In this document: one piece after another, positions 12,637 to 25,401 of the stretch
How positions within the stretch are numbered: position 1 is the stretch's first letter
Layout of the letters: the number at the start of each line of letters is the position of its first letter
Assembly (NCBI GenBank): GCA_048213135.1
Contig: PS015072.1
Coordinates: forward strand, 17,141-75,841
Length of the DNA stretch: 58,701 nt
Reading direction: 5' to 3'
Origin: Reclinomonas americana ATCC 50394
Lineage: Eukaryota
Program-made: the position numbers and the translations under genes
The notes under the pieces: generated by a model
What the model was told of the DNA's origin: nothing
Seen by the model: only the letters and a program-made list of their open reading frames with translations
Databases searched by the model: none

Positions 12637-15600
12637 CTACTTGTCTCGCGACAACGCGGCAATCTCACTCTCGAACCTCTTCACCGCATTCTCCTGCAGC
12701 ATCTTGTCGGTCACCAGCGTCTCGGCAACTTCACGGCCCCTCTCCAGCATGCGCCGCGCCTTGTCTACGGTCGCCGACTGCTTGGCCAGTGCGCGTGCCC
12801 ACTGCGTCGTGTTGTCCAGCAGCGTCATCAGCAGCACGGGATTCTGCGCGAGTTTCTCGCGATGCTCGCCAATGACACTCTCGGCGCCGCCCAGCACTTG
12901 CACCTCCTTTGCCTCGGAGAACTCGAGCTGCTCGCGCAGCATCTGATCCACCTCGGTGAAGAGCTCCAGCGCGGCGGGCACATCGCCATCCAGCGCACAC
13001 AGCTGACCGAATTGCGTCATGAGACCCGCGTACTCGCTGAGGGGAACTGTGCGCGCGAGTGAGCGAACGGGAAGGGTGTATATCACGCACACACGAATGT
13101 ACGCACCCTTGGGTTCACCAGCGTCATCTCGCCACAAGTCGCGTGTTTTTCTCAACCACGCTCGCGCCTCGGCGTACCGCTTGGCACGCACACAGAACTG
13201 CACATAGGTGCCCGTGGCGGCCACAAAGTCCTCGTGCAGTTGTCCCACACTGCCGGACAGGAGGTCCAGGCTGCGGTGATTTGTCAGGAAGTGTTGCACC
13301 AACAATCCCCACCATTCTCCACCGCTCTTGTGTCTCCTCTTTCACTTCTTGCATCTTCTCCTCTCCCTCTCATTCTTTCACCCACCTTCTCTCAATTCTC
13401 TCTCTTCTTGTCTTATACTCCCCTTCGCCCTCTCCCCTCCACTCCCCCCCTCCCCACTCACCACTCCGTCAAGCATCTGCCCGTTTCATCGTTCTTTGCC
13501 GGATCCTCGGCGGTGACCACCGCCAGCGTCATCAGGCACTGCGCACGTGTGTGGCGGTAGGCCGTGTCGGATTCGCGCATGTATGGATTGTCGGCCAGCG
13601 ACAGCGCCGCGCGCAAGCCCTCAAACGCCAGATCCTCGTCGCCGCAGCGGTAGTGGAACATAGAGAGCACGTGGATGGCGTGGATTTCGCGATGGAGCCA
13701 TTCGCGCACCGTCTTGCTCTTCTCCGTCGACGACTTGTTCGACATGCTGGAGGAGCCGGTGGAAGACGAGGGCGACGACGGCGGCGACGAGCTGTCACCT
13801 TGCTCGTGCTGCACGTCAAACATACGCGTGCTGGTGGGCAGTCCGGTGGCACTGGATGCCGTCGAGTCCATCTCCGTGGCGCGTGTTCTCTGCTGCTGCA
13901 GCATGGCCACCACGCGCTGCTGTGTTGTCAGAGCGTCCTTGTGTTGCCCGAGGCGGTCCAGCACTTGCGCGAGGGTCTGAATGACCGAGGCATACATCCA
14001 ATGCTCGCGATTGATGATGCCTGCCGTAAGAGTAAGCCAACAGCACGCAAGTGAGAGGAGGGAGACAAAGCTACGCAACATTGGCCACTCTCGATAATCT
14101 CAATAAGCTCCTGCAACGAGTCCATCAGGCGCATCGTGGTGTCCGAATCGTCCTGCAGGCGCACGGTCTCCGCCAGCATCGTCACCTTTTTGTACAGGCA
14201 GGCGACGTACTCCACATCGTGCCTGCGCGCTGTGTGAGTCATCGACGGCAGAGTCGATGGATACGAGACATCCACACAACTTATCCTGGAACGAATTTCG
14301 TGCCTCCTCCAGGGTCTCGGCGGCACGAATCAAGTCGCCCTCGCGCTCCTGAATCATGACGAGGGAGCTGAGGAGAGACAATTCGTCGAGGCCGAGCTGG
14401 TCGACAACTGCGCGCAGGATGGTTAGAGAGGGGAAAGGCGGAGGAAATCGATCACCAGCACATGCGCAACTGTGTTGCACAGCGGCGTATCGTTCTGCGT
14501 GTCGCTCACCCTCCGTCTGCACACACACATAATGTCAGTCGCAATGCCGGAGAAAGTACAAAACCACATGAGATTGACAAGCCTTCATGGCGGTGAGCAA
14601 GTCACGAATGAATTGCTGTGCCACCAGCGGGTCGCCGTGATGAGCCAGTGCCGAGACACGATTCGCCGTGGCACGCAGTCTCTCCTGGTGCGTGGCGTGC
14701 AAGCGCTCCAACGAGGTCGTGTACGCCTCCTCCGACACCTTCAGCAAGCGTTCACGCAGCTGCTGTTGCTGCTCCTCGGGCTACGCCGCACGCGCCAGTG
14801 AGGCGGTGGTTGTGAGGGAAGCGAAGAAGGAACAGGCGACAAACCAAGTCGGCCGAGAGCTGCGCAAACATCAGGCGCACTGTCCCATTCAAGCACAGCA
14901 CGTACTCCTCGTTGTACTTGCCGATTTGTCTGTCGACAGCAGCAGTCAGGTGATCACAAGATGAAATACTGCAGAAGGTTTCTCATTCTTCTCAATATAC
15001 GCAACCTCTCCAGAATCGACAGAGCCAGTGCAAACTTCTCCTCGGCCCGTGCATAATGCCCACCACGCATGCACGCAGTGGCGTGATTTTGCAGCGAACG
15101 AGCATACTGCAATCGTGCCAGTGAGACACAGCGGAAACCACGAGCAGCAACCCACGACAAACCTCGGTGCTCGTCGGCCCCCACAACTCCTTGATGACAT
15201 CCGCGCACTGCTCCGTCACCTCCTCCGCCTTGTCGTACTTCTCGGTGGCCATGTACATGGCCGCCATGTTGGAGAGCACCACAATGCGGTGTGCATCCTT
15301 GCCGTGCAACACATCTCTGCGACAGGCATTGGCAGGAAAAGTTAGCCCCCTCGAGTCACTCACTCTCCCCCTCTCTCACAAGCACCACTCACTTGTGCAT
15401 CGAGTCGGCTTTCAAAAAGTGCCGCTCGGCGGCCTCGTTCTCACCGCGGACCATGTAGATCATGGCCATGGTGGTGAACACAATGGCCCGCTCCTGTCCC
15501 ACCGCCTCCTCCTTCTCGTTGCTCTTGAGAATACGCTTGGCCTTCTTGCACATCTCCAGCAGATCGGCCAGCGTCTGCGACACGGCGGCGTCGCTGGCGG

Positions 15601-16007
15601 CCACCGAGTCGGCCCGACTGGCCACCGGCATGAGCGAGATCTCGGTCGTGTGCAACCGCGACGACGCCATGTACGCCAGACAGCTGGCCACCTGCTCACA
15701 CTCGCTACCATACAACGTGTCAAAGATCGACAGCGCCTCCATCAGCTGCTCCACGGCCTTGCGGTGCTGGCTCAGTGCGTGCAGCGCGCGGCCGTAGTGG
15801 TAGTACAGAGTGGCACTGGCGGGGAAGAAGATGAGGGGCAGAGATGTAGTGAAAAGTGCAGCGGAGCCCGCAACTTGTCGTCGTTGCGCTCAATCGGGCC
15901 CATCTCGGCGGTCACCGACAACGAGTCCTGCAGGTAGCGCACGGCGCCGACGTAGTTGCTGCGGTACTCGCACAGCCATGCCAAGCGTGTGAACAGCCAG
16001 CGTTGGA
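12637..16007 (-). CDS. Multi-exon TPR-repeat protein (KLC/NPHP3-like TPR type), 5'-incomplete
   Basis: TPR-like segments include ATLYYHYGRALHALSQHRKAVEQLMEALSI, VVLSNMAAMYMATEKYDKAEE and LAQVLDRLGQHKDALTTQQRVV. It has several short GT-AG introns and a TAG stop at 12637-12639. Confidence 0.7.
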
Positions 16008-16404
16008 CTGGAGGGAGATGAATGGAAAAGAGAAGCGGAGGATTGAGAGAATGGATTGAGTGAGAGAGCGACAAGAGAGGAAGAGAAGTGGAAGCAAAAA
16101 CCACAGTTACAAGGATAGAGCGATGCAAAGGAGACATGAGTGGCAGCAAAATGAGGATGAGGAGAAGAAGGATGAGCTAACCAGCGTGAGTTAAAGTGAA
16201 GAGAGAGAGAGAGATCGAGAGAGAGAGAGAGAGCGACAAGAGAGGAAGAGGAAGAGAAGTGGAAGCAAAAAACCACAGTTGCAAGGATAGAGCGATGCAA
16301 AGGAGAAATGAGTGGCAGCACAATGCATGCAATCACTCATTCACTCAATCACATTTCTCTCTCAGCTCGTGTGTGTGTGTGCGTGTGCGTGTGCGTGTGC
16401 GCGC

Positions 16405-16446
<42 letters not shown>

Positions 16447-16502
16447 TATGTGCAGGATGAATGCACCTGAGGCACCGCCACCGGTGCATGCTCTCTCTCA
16501 CA

Positions 16503-16555
<53 letters not shown>

Positions 16556-16795
16556 TCACTCACTCACTCACTCACTCACTCACTCACTCACTCACACACA
16601 CTCACTCACACACACTCACTCATTACTCTCNNNNNNNNNNNNNNNNNNNNNNNNNNNNNNNNNNNNNNNNNNNNNNNNNNNNNNNNNNNNNNNNNNNNNN
16701 NNNNNNNNNNNNNNNNNNNNNNNNNGCTGGTGCGTGTAGGAGGAATGCGCGCCATTTTCTTTTCTCGCTGGTCACTGACTGTCTGTGTTGTGCAG

Positions 16796-18571
16796 GCGTG
16801 CTGAAGAACCGCGAGACGTACATCCTCGCCGCCAACTACCTGCAGTCGATGAACTGGCATCAGGATCCCGAAATCATGCAGAACATTATCAACTTTTATC
16901 AAAAGGCCAAGGCCTACAACTACCTCGCCAACTTTTACAATTCGTGCTCAGAGATTGAGGTGCGGAGTGGCGGTGAAGTGGATTTGTGCAGAGTGTGAGA
17001 ACTGACTTGCGTGTGTGGCGCTGCAGATTGACGACTATCAAGTGCGTGGCGCGTTGCTTATTTGGATTCTCATGTGTTTGTGCTCACCCTCAGTTTTGCT
17101 CTTGTACGTGCGCAGGATTACGAGAAAGTTGCGTTTATTTCGGTGACTTGAAAGGTTGCCACAAATCTCACTGTCTGTGTGTTGCAGGCTCTTGGAGCAT
17201 TGAAGGAGAGTGCCAAGTATCTCGCCAAGTCGCGCGAGGGTGACAAGACCGATCGTGTGCAGCAGCTGCAGGTGCGTCCGTGTTTGGTGACAGGGGAGTG
17301 GATGCTGCAGTCTTCCAGCTTGATTTTGAAGTGCAAGAGAGTGAGAGAGAGAGAGAGAGAGAATTCTTGACAAGCTCTGCATCTCGTTTGTGTACCCTCT
17401 TTCGTTCATTGTTTGTTGGCCAACGCGACTGTGTGTGTCTGTATGTCTGTGTTTCTCGCTTCATACATCTGTCTCTCAACTGCACGTACTCTCCTTCTCT
17501 CTCTCTTCGCTTACATTCTCTCTCACATACACACCTATGCTCTCCCTTCACCTGTCAGTCTGCCGCGACACCTATCTCACACACGCGCGCTCTCTCTCTC
17601 TCTCTCTCGCTTACTTTCTCGCTGTTTTTCATGCGCACTTGTGTTCTCTCCCTTCACCTGACAGTCTTCAGCGACACCTGCCGCACCTTTCTCTCACACA
17701 GACGCACACTTGCCCACGCATACTCACTCGCTTGCTCTCTCCTCCACCTATCAGTTTACCGCGACACCTGCCTCGCCCGTTCTCTCTCTCTCTCACAAAC
17801 AATGCAACATGCACACTTTCTTGCTGGTTCCTCTCAGACACACACAGACATGTGTTCTCTCCCTTCATCTGCCAGTCGTCCGCGACACCTACTCTGCCCG
17901 TTCTCTCTCTCACTCACTCACAAACAATGCGACATGCACACTTTCTTGCTTGTTCCTCTCAGACACACACAGACCTGTGCTCTCTCCCTTCATCTGTCAG
18001 TCGTCCGCGACACCTGTATTGCCCTTTCTTTCGCTCTCTCTTTCTCCCTCTCACGCACACATACTCTTCACCTGTCGTTCCCCCGACACCTCTCTCTTTC
18101 CCTCTTTCCCTCTCTCTTTCTCCCTCTCTTCTCCTCGCTCACCCCCTCCGTGTCGCTTCGCAGCATCGCATCGTGCTCGTGGAGCGCTTCGTCGAGGCCA
18201 GACGATTCGCCCAGACCGACACCGAGCAAATGCTGGCTGTGTGCCGTGAGCTGCTGGACGAGCCCGACATTGAGAGCGCTGTGCGCCTCGGCGACATCTT
18301 TGCCGAGATGCTCAACTACTACTACAACATGCAGAACTGGGAGATTTGCCATCAGATTCTCGAAAAGATGAAGCAGCGTCGCGTGCAGATCCCGTACTAT
18401 GTGTCTGCGCCTGGTGAGTTGTTGCTGTTGTTGTTGTTGTTGCCTGACGCGCATGTGTTTTTCCCCTCGCTCACTTTTTTCTCGCCAGTTCGCAACAAGA
18501 TCTACAAGGAAATGGGTCTGGAGGCGGCGGCAGACGACACGGGCGTGGAGGAGGAGCTGGAGGACTACTGA
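16796..18571 (+). CDS. IFT140: Intraflagellar transport protein 140, C-terminal part (exons 16796-16959, 17027-17041, 17116-17127, 17188-17271, 18164-18413, 18489-18571)
   Basis: YILAANYLQSMNWHQDPEIMQNIINFYQKAKA...IEIDDYQDYEKALGALKE...AVRLGDIF matches the conserved IFT140 C-terminal TPR region. Confidence 0.92.
17480..18100. repeat. Degenerate intronic tandem repeat in IFT140 (core TCTCCCTTCA[C/T]CTG[T/C]CAGTC..CGCGACACCT)
   Basis: About 6 degenerate copies spaced roughly 90-130 bp apart (near 17541, 17647, 17857, 17982). Confidence 0.7.
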
Positions 18572-19439
18572 GTGGTTTCTCGCACGTGCTTGTGGAACGA
18601 GAAGGAACGAGAATGTAGCGGCAGCGGATGCACGAGGCAATTGGGTGTGGGATAAATGCTTGTCGCGCAGAGGACAGGTAACTGGCACAAGTTCTGCGCT
18701 GGCGGTTGTTGGTGTCGTGAAAAGCTTGCATTTGCGAGCGACAACCACTCGCTAATCCAAACAGCAACACAGCTGCATGATGATCACCATCTTGAGTGAG
18801 CACCAGAAACTCAGACATCACGGGTAAAAGCGAGAAAAAGTCGAGATGGCTAATGCTGGCGTTTCTGCAAAAGAAACCACGGCTCATGATAAGCATGGAT
18901 TTGACACCGAATTCCTCAAAGGAACGCAGAAAGATAGCAAGAGGTGTTGGTATCAGAAGACATATGGAAACCAACAAAGCAGGTACAGTCGAGCGGTTGT
19001 CGCTGCTGGTAGTGTCTCTCACGGGAATTGTCATTGATATCTGTTGATGCTGGCAACGAGACCATATATCGGAACCAAATCTGTTCGAATACGCCTGCAA
19101 CCACCCGCTGACCAAGCCGCCACAAAGTTTAGCGACCAACACGCAACGCCAGCTTCGATAGATTCCGCGCTCCACATGGTGACTGTGGATCTGCGCATTC
19201 GAATTCTAATTATAATTCATTTCGAATTCGATATTGTTGTGCTGTTATTTGGCTCATTCTCGTAATTTTCGACAAGGAACGGGCGAGTAACCTCCCTACT
19301 GCAGCTTCTACAATATGAAAACACCGCCGTACGCACAAACCCCCTTGTTTTTGAAACACATCAATCCGTCCATCCACTCGGACGGTGGAAAACCGTTGTG
19401 TCACGTGCGTGTGAGTGTGGGCGGGAAAAACGATCAACG

Positions 19440-19737
19440 ATGGCTGAGGAAGTCGACGCGAATGAGGCGCTTCTCAAGTCCATGAACACACCTCTCGTGG
19501 CAGTTGCGTTGATCACACTTTCGCAGCCTCTCACACACACAGAGACAGAGAGAAAGAGTGATTTCGTGGCCGTTTACTCTGAGCAAACTGAATGATCGCG
19601 CGCGCACTCTCTTTCTCTCTCTCACTGTGTGTGTCTGTTGTTAACAGGAGTCTGACATGCCTGAGGACATGAGAATCGACGCAGTGGAAATCGTCACCAC
19701 GGCCATTGATAAGTTCTCGTCAGCAAATGATTTTGAG
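19440..19737 (+). CDS. DNAL4: Axonemal dynein light chain 4 / LC10 (LC8 family), 3'-incomplete (exons 19440-19502, 19648-19737)
   Basis: MAEEVDANEALLKSMNTPLVA|ESDMPEDMRIDAVEIVTTAIDKFSSANDFE resembles DNAL4 PLVRHSDMPEEMRVETMELCVTACEKFS. The rest of the gene lies in the gap. Confidence 0.8.
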
Positions 19738-19755
19738 GTGAGTGTCTGAGAGCGA

Positions 19756-19790
<35 letters not shown>

Positions 19791-20601
19791 GAGGGAGGGA
19801 GGGGAGGGAGGAGGAGGTGAGACGTACGCGACGACGNNNNNNNNNNNNNNNNNNNNNNNNNNNNNNNNNNNNNNNNNNNNNNNNNNNNNNNNNNNNNNNN
19901 NNNNNNNNNNNNNNNNNNNNNNNNNNNNNNNNNNNNNNNNNNNNNNNNNNNNNNNNNNNNNNNNNNNNNNNNNNNNNNNNNNNNNNNNNNNNNNNNNNNN
20001 NNNNNNNNNNNNNNNNNNNNNNNNNNNNNNNNNNNNNNNNNNNNNNNNNNNNNNNNNNNNNNNNNNNNNNNNNNNNNNNNNNNNNNNNNNNNNNNNNNNN
20101 NNNNNNNNNNNNNNNNNNNNNNNNNNNNNNNNNNNNNNNNNNNNNNNNNNNNNNNNNNNNNNNNNNNNNNNNNNNNNNNNNNNNNNNNNNNNNNNNNNNN
20201 NNNNNNNNNNNNNNNNNNNNNNNNNNNNNNNNNNNNNNNNNNNNNNNNNNNNNNNNNNNNNNNNNNNNNNNNNNNNNNNNNNNNNNNNNNNNNNNNNNNN
20301 NNNNNNNNNNNNNNNNNNNNNNNNNNNNNNNNNNNNNNNNNNNNNNNNNNNNNNNNNNNNNNNNNNNNNNNNNNNNNNNNNNNNNNNNNNNNNNNNNNNN
20401 NNNNNNNNNNNNNNNNNNNNNNNNNNNNNNNNNNNNNNNNNNNNNNNNNNNNNNNNNNNNNNNNNNNNNNNNNNNNNNNNNNNNNNNNNNNNNNNNNNNN
20501 NNNNNNNNNNNNNNNNNNNNNNNNNNNNNNNNNNNNNNNNNNNNNNNNNNNNNNNNNNNNNTCACTCGTCGTGTGGATCTGCAACCCACCTTCCTCGGCA
20601 G

Positions 20602-21447
20602 ATTCAAGTGTCGAGCAAGGCCGGTGCGAAGCTGCTGCAGATGTGGCACAAGAAGGAGGTGCGAGGCGCGTGGTGCGAGGCCAAGCAGGCCGAGGTGAGT
20701 TTTTGTCTGCCATGTGTGCGAAACCGGACGCTCATGTATGTGTGTGTGTGTACTAGATGACTGTGTGGGCCACGCGCAACTGGATCACGTCGTCCACTGT
20801 GCAAGTTCTGCTTGTAATTCTCTCCTCGTTTGCTTTCGATGCATCTCACCGCGACCATTGCACAGCAAGTGCCGGTAGCTGCCGTACCGCAGTACACGCC
20901 TCCGCCGCAGTATTACCCCCAGTATGCCGTTCCGTTGCGTCCATAATTCGCTCCCCATCACTGCATCGTTGCATCGCATCTGACCCTTTCTTTTCGTTGG
21001 ATGCAGGATGTACGGGTGCGCCACCTGTCTCCTTCCCTTCGCCCTCTCCCTCATACTCACCCTCGATGCAGTGCCGCCCCCGTGGCTGCCGTCGCCGGTG
21101 CTGGGGGCTACTACGCTCCTCCACCAGGTGCCGTCAGTGCCGCACCTATGGTGGCCGCTCCTGCGCCTCAGCCACCGCCACCGCCACCGCAACCGCAAGT
21201 GGCCTACTTCAACCCCGACGCCGACTCCACGGTGATCTACGCGCCAGTCTCCGCCGCCTCAGGCAGCGGAAGCACCTACGCCACCTCCACCACTGCCACC
21301 TCGGCATCCGCGAGCCCGTACCCCGTCGCTCCACCCCCATACAACCCCGCGTCCGCTTCCGCCGCCGCCCCCCCTGCACCAAACAGCAGCTATTCGCACC
21401 CGGTGAACGAGACCGTCAAGGATGATTTCCTCGCGCACAGCAAGTGA
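20602..21447 (+). CDS. 3' part of a hypothetical protein with a Pro/Tyr/Ala-rich tail
   Basis: Five in-frame GT-AG exons (20602-20694, about 20757-20804, about 20866-20933, 21007-21015, 21072-21447) ending DDFLAHSK*. Confidence 0.6.
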
Positions 21448-21570
21448 TTCGGAAGAAGGGAGACGTCGACGTCGAGAAAGTGTACATTTTGCGAGTTGTC
21501 CGTCGTCGCGAGCACTTGGCGCATTTTCTTAAGGCAAACCTCAAGAGCGCGCACGCACTTGAAGTGTGTC

Positions 21571-23383
21571 ATGGTGCGACGAGTGTTGAACGTGGCCGAG
21601 AAGCCATCAGTGGCCAAAGAGATTGCCTCGGTGCTCGCTCGCGGGCAGCAACACAGGGTGAGTTTGTGAGGGAGGATGAGAGAGAAAGAGAAGAGGAGGT
21701 TGTTGTGTGCGTGCGTGTGTGAGAGAGAGAGAGAGAGAGAGATAGAGACAATGTGTGTGTGTGTGTTTGCTTGAGAGAGCGAGAGTGAGAAACTGTGCAA
21801 GACAACTCACACTTCTCTCTCTCTCTCTCAGCGCAACGGCCACTCTCACTCCAACCCGATTTGGGAGTTTCCCTTTGAGCTGAATGGCGAGCGCGTGGAG
21901 ATGGCGGTGACGTCGGTGCGCGGTCACTTGATGGCCACCGACTTTGACAAGAATCTGTATGGATGGAACCGCGTCGATCCAGTGGCGCTGTTCGAGGCTC
22001 CCATCATGCGCTACGTGCCGCAGGTGCATTTATGTGACAGTGTTGCACTCGCCTCCCTCCTGCTCTTCTTCTTCTCCTCCTCCTCCTCCTCTTCCTCCTC
22101 CTCCTCCTCCTCCTCCTTCGTCTTCTTCTTCTTGTTCTTACTCTTCTGTTCTTTCTTCTTCTTCTTCTTCTTCTTGTTGTTGTTGTTGTTGTTCTTCTTC
22201 TTCTTCTTTTTCGTCTCCTCCGCCTCCTCCTCCTTGTCCTCCTCCTCTTCGTCCTTGTCCTTCTCGGTGTTATTCTTCTGCTGCTTCAACTCCTTTCTTC
22301 TTCATCATCATCATCATCGTCTTTTCCTCCTCCTCCTCCTCCTCCCCCCCTCCTTCTCCTCCTCCTCCTCCTCCTCCTCCTCATCCCTTTCCCGCTTCCC
22401 CCCTTCCCCCTTACCCCCTCCCCCCCTTACCGCCCTTCCCCATCCCTCCCCCTTCCCACCACAGGATCTGGAGGACGTGCAGCGCACGCTGGAGGAGGAG
22501 GGCGCCCGCGCACAAATGCTGGTCCTGTGGCTCGACTGCGATCGCGAGGGCGAGGCGATTTGCTTCGAGGTGATTGAGGTGTGCAATCATCGACGGCCCG
22601 CACGCGGCCAGTTGGCCGTCAAGCGTGCACGCTTCTCATCGGTGGCCGCCCGCGACGTCATGGCCGCCATCCAGAACCTGGATCAGCCACGCCAGCGCGA
22701 CTCGGATGCCGTCAACGTGCGACAGGAGCTGGATTTGCGTATTGGGGCGGCCTTCACGCGCTTCCAGACGACACGCTTCCAGCGGCGCTTTGGCAACCAG
22801 GGCATGCTGTCGTACGGGCCGTGTCAGTTCCCGACGCTCGGGTTTGTGGTGGAGCGCTACTGGAAGATCAAGGCGTTTCGACCGCAAGACTTTTGGTACA
22901 TTACCTGCGTGGTGGAGAAGAACGGCTCGCGGTGCGAGTTCGGCTGGTCGCGTGTGCGCCTCTTTGATCGGCTGGCGTGCACCGTGTTGTACGAGATGTG
23001 TGTCGACGACGCCGACAACGCCGTCATCACACAGATTCAGCGGCGGCAAAAGACGCGCTGGCGACCAGTGCCGCTCAACACGGTCGAGCTGCAAAAGCTG
23101 GCCAGCAAGCACTTGCGCATGTCTTCGGAGAAGACCATGAAGGTGTGTGTGTGTGTGGGGGNNNNNNNNNNNNNNNNNNNNNNNNNNNNNNNNNNNNNNN
23201 NNNNNNNNNNNNNNNNNNNNNNNNNNNNNNNNNNNNNNNNNNNNNNNNNNNNNNNNNNNNNNNNNNNNNNNNNNNNNNNNNNNNNNNNNNNNNNNNNNNN
23301 NNNNNNNNNNNNNNNNNNNNNNNNNNNNNNNNNNNNNNNNNNNNNNNNNNNNNNNNNNNNNNNNNNNNNNNNNNNNNNNNNNN

Positions 23384-23426
<43 letters not shown>

Positions 23427-25385
23427 TCTTCTTCTTTCTTCTCCTCCTCCTCCTCCTCCTCCTCCTCCTCCTCCTCCTCCTCCTCCTCCTCCTCCTCCTC
23501 CTCCTCCTCCTCCTCCCCCCTCCTCCTCCTCCTCATCCTCCCCCTTCTCTCTCCCTCTCCTCTTTACTCCCTTATCCTCCTTCCCCTCTCCCAGGCCTGA
23601 TGATCCGCGAGATGAACTTCCTCGAGGTGTACCCGTACCAAAAGTGGAGCGACAAGAGTGTGCCGCTGTTCCAGGAGGGTGAGCGCATTCAGCCGACCGA
23701 GATGATGATGCGCGAGGGCCACACGGTGCCACCGGAGCTGCTCTCCGAGTACGAGCTCATTGGCCTGATGGACAAGAATGGCATCGGCACTGACGCCACC
23801 ATTGCGCAGCACATCAAGACCATTCAGGATCGCAACTACGTGGTGAAGGAGGGCAACTTCTTCCGGCCCACCGACTTGGGGTTGGCGCTGGTCGAGGGCT
23901 ACGAGGCCATGGGTTTCCAGCTGGCCAAGCCGCAGCTGCGTGCGAAAACCGAGGCCGACATGCGTCTCATCAGCGACGGCGCACGTACAATGGCGGCTGT
24001 GCTGGAGGAGTCGCTGCGAGCGTATCGCAAGGTGTTTGAGGACGTGCAACGGCGGGCCGATGTGTTGGATCGGGTGCGTTTTCTGGCAAGCCTGTGCGCA
24101 ATGGCGAAACCGGTGCGCTCACCCATGTGCATGCATGCAGGCGTTTCAAAAGTACTTTAGACCACTTGGTGCGGGAGGTGGCGGGGGTGGCGGAGGCGGT
24201 GGTGGTGGTGGAGGAGGAGGTGGAGGTGGTGGAGGCGGCGGTGGAGGGGGAGGTGGAGGAGCTGGCGGTGGCGCGGATGAAGTGATGATTACGCCGAATA
24301 TCATCACATGCAAAGACTGTCGGCAGCCGTTGCATCTCAAGTCGAGTGGCGAGGTGCGTCGTCGCAGCAGGCAGTCGTTTCTGCTGTGCTGTTGTCTCAC
24401 CCACCCCCGAATAAGGTGCGCTTCATCGCTTGCGCGGCATGCAACCACGTGCTGTCGATGCCGCGCCTCGGTGACCTCAGTCGGCACGGCCACGTGTGCC
24501 CCATCTGTTCGTGGGAGGTGCTGACGAGTCTGAACACCACCACTGGCAAATCCCATCAGCTGTGTCCGTTCTGTTTCAACACACCACCATCGCATCTCAT
24601 GGTGGGTAACATTGCTGCCTCGAGTCACCTCTTTCACTCGCTGACGCTCACGCGCACACGTGCAGGACATTGAGGCCGCTGCCGGTGCCTTCCGCTGCTT
24701 CTCGTGCAAGTACCAGGGCTGTCCACTCGCCAAGGTACGTTCTTCTTACCCCCCCGCATCGATCGCCCTCCCTATGGCTGACAAGGCGGCGTGCAGGGAA
24801 ATGTGGCCGGCGGCACTGTGTGCGTGTGTCCCGACTGCAGTTCGCACGACATGATCGTCAAGTCGCTGCCGAGAAAGGACGGGCCTGGCAACAAGCAAGT
24901 CATCAGTTGAGTGCTGGTGTGCTCCCTCCACCTCTGCAGTTGCTGTCGCCTGACACACCATGCGCGCAGGCTGCACCGGGTATCCCGGATGCAAGACCAG
25001 TTTCTGGTTGCCGAACGAGGTGGAGAGTGTCGAGGTGACTGCCACCGCCTGTCCCAAGTGCCCGACCATGAAGAAGATCAACATCACGTTGCGGCAAGGA
25101 TCTGTGCCCGCGGGCACGTCGCGCACGGTGAGCACAAGAAGAATAATATGGGAATTGCATGCTTGCACGCACTCACAACGCTATGTGCAGCACACGGTGT
25201 GCCTGGGATGTGAGACCGGCGCTCTGCGAGACGCCCTTGGCATCGACTTCAAGCGCATCGGTCCACCAAATCCCCAGATCGCACAGCGTGCCGCACGAGG
25301 TGGCGCGGCAGCCGGAGGCGGTCGCGGACAAGGACGCGGAGGAGGAGGTGGTGGCTACGGCAGAGGCAGAGGTCGCGGCAAATAA
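21571..25385 (+). CDS. TOP3A: DNA topoisomerase III alpha (type IA) with extended Zn-finger C-terminus and RGG tail
   Basis: Motifs VLNVAEKPSVAK, TSVRGHL, LWLDCDREGEAI, ELDLRIGAAFTRFQT, SYGPCQFPTLGFVVERY and LMDKNGIGTDAT. The catalytic Tyr exon is missing in gap 23162-23383. Confidence 0.93.
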
Positions 25386-25401
25386 TACACACGAATGAAC
25401 A

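Noticed and set aside
23162-23383. TOP3A pseudogene lacking the catalytic tyrosine
   Set aside because: The missing region of about 120 aa maps exactly to an assembly gap, and the flanking exons are intact.
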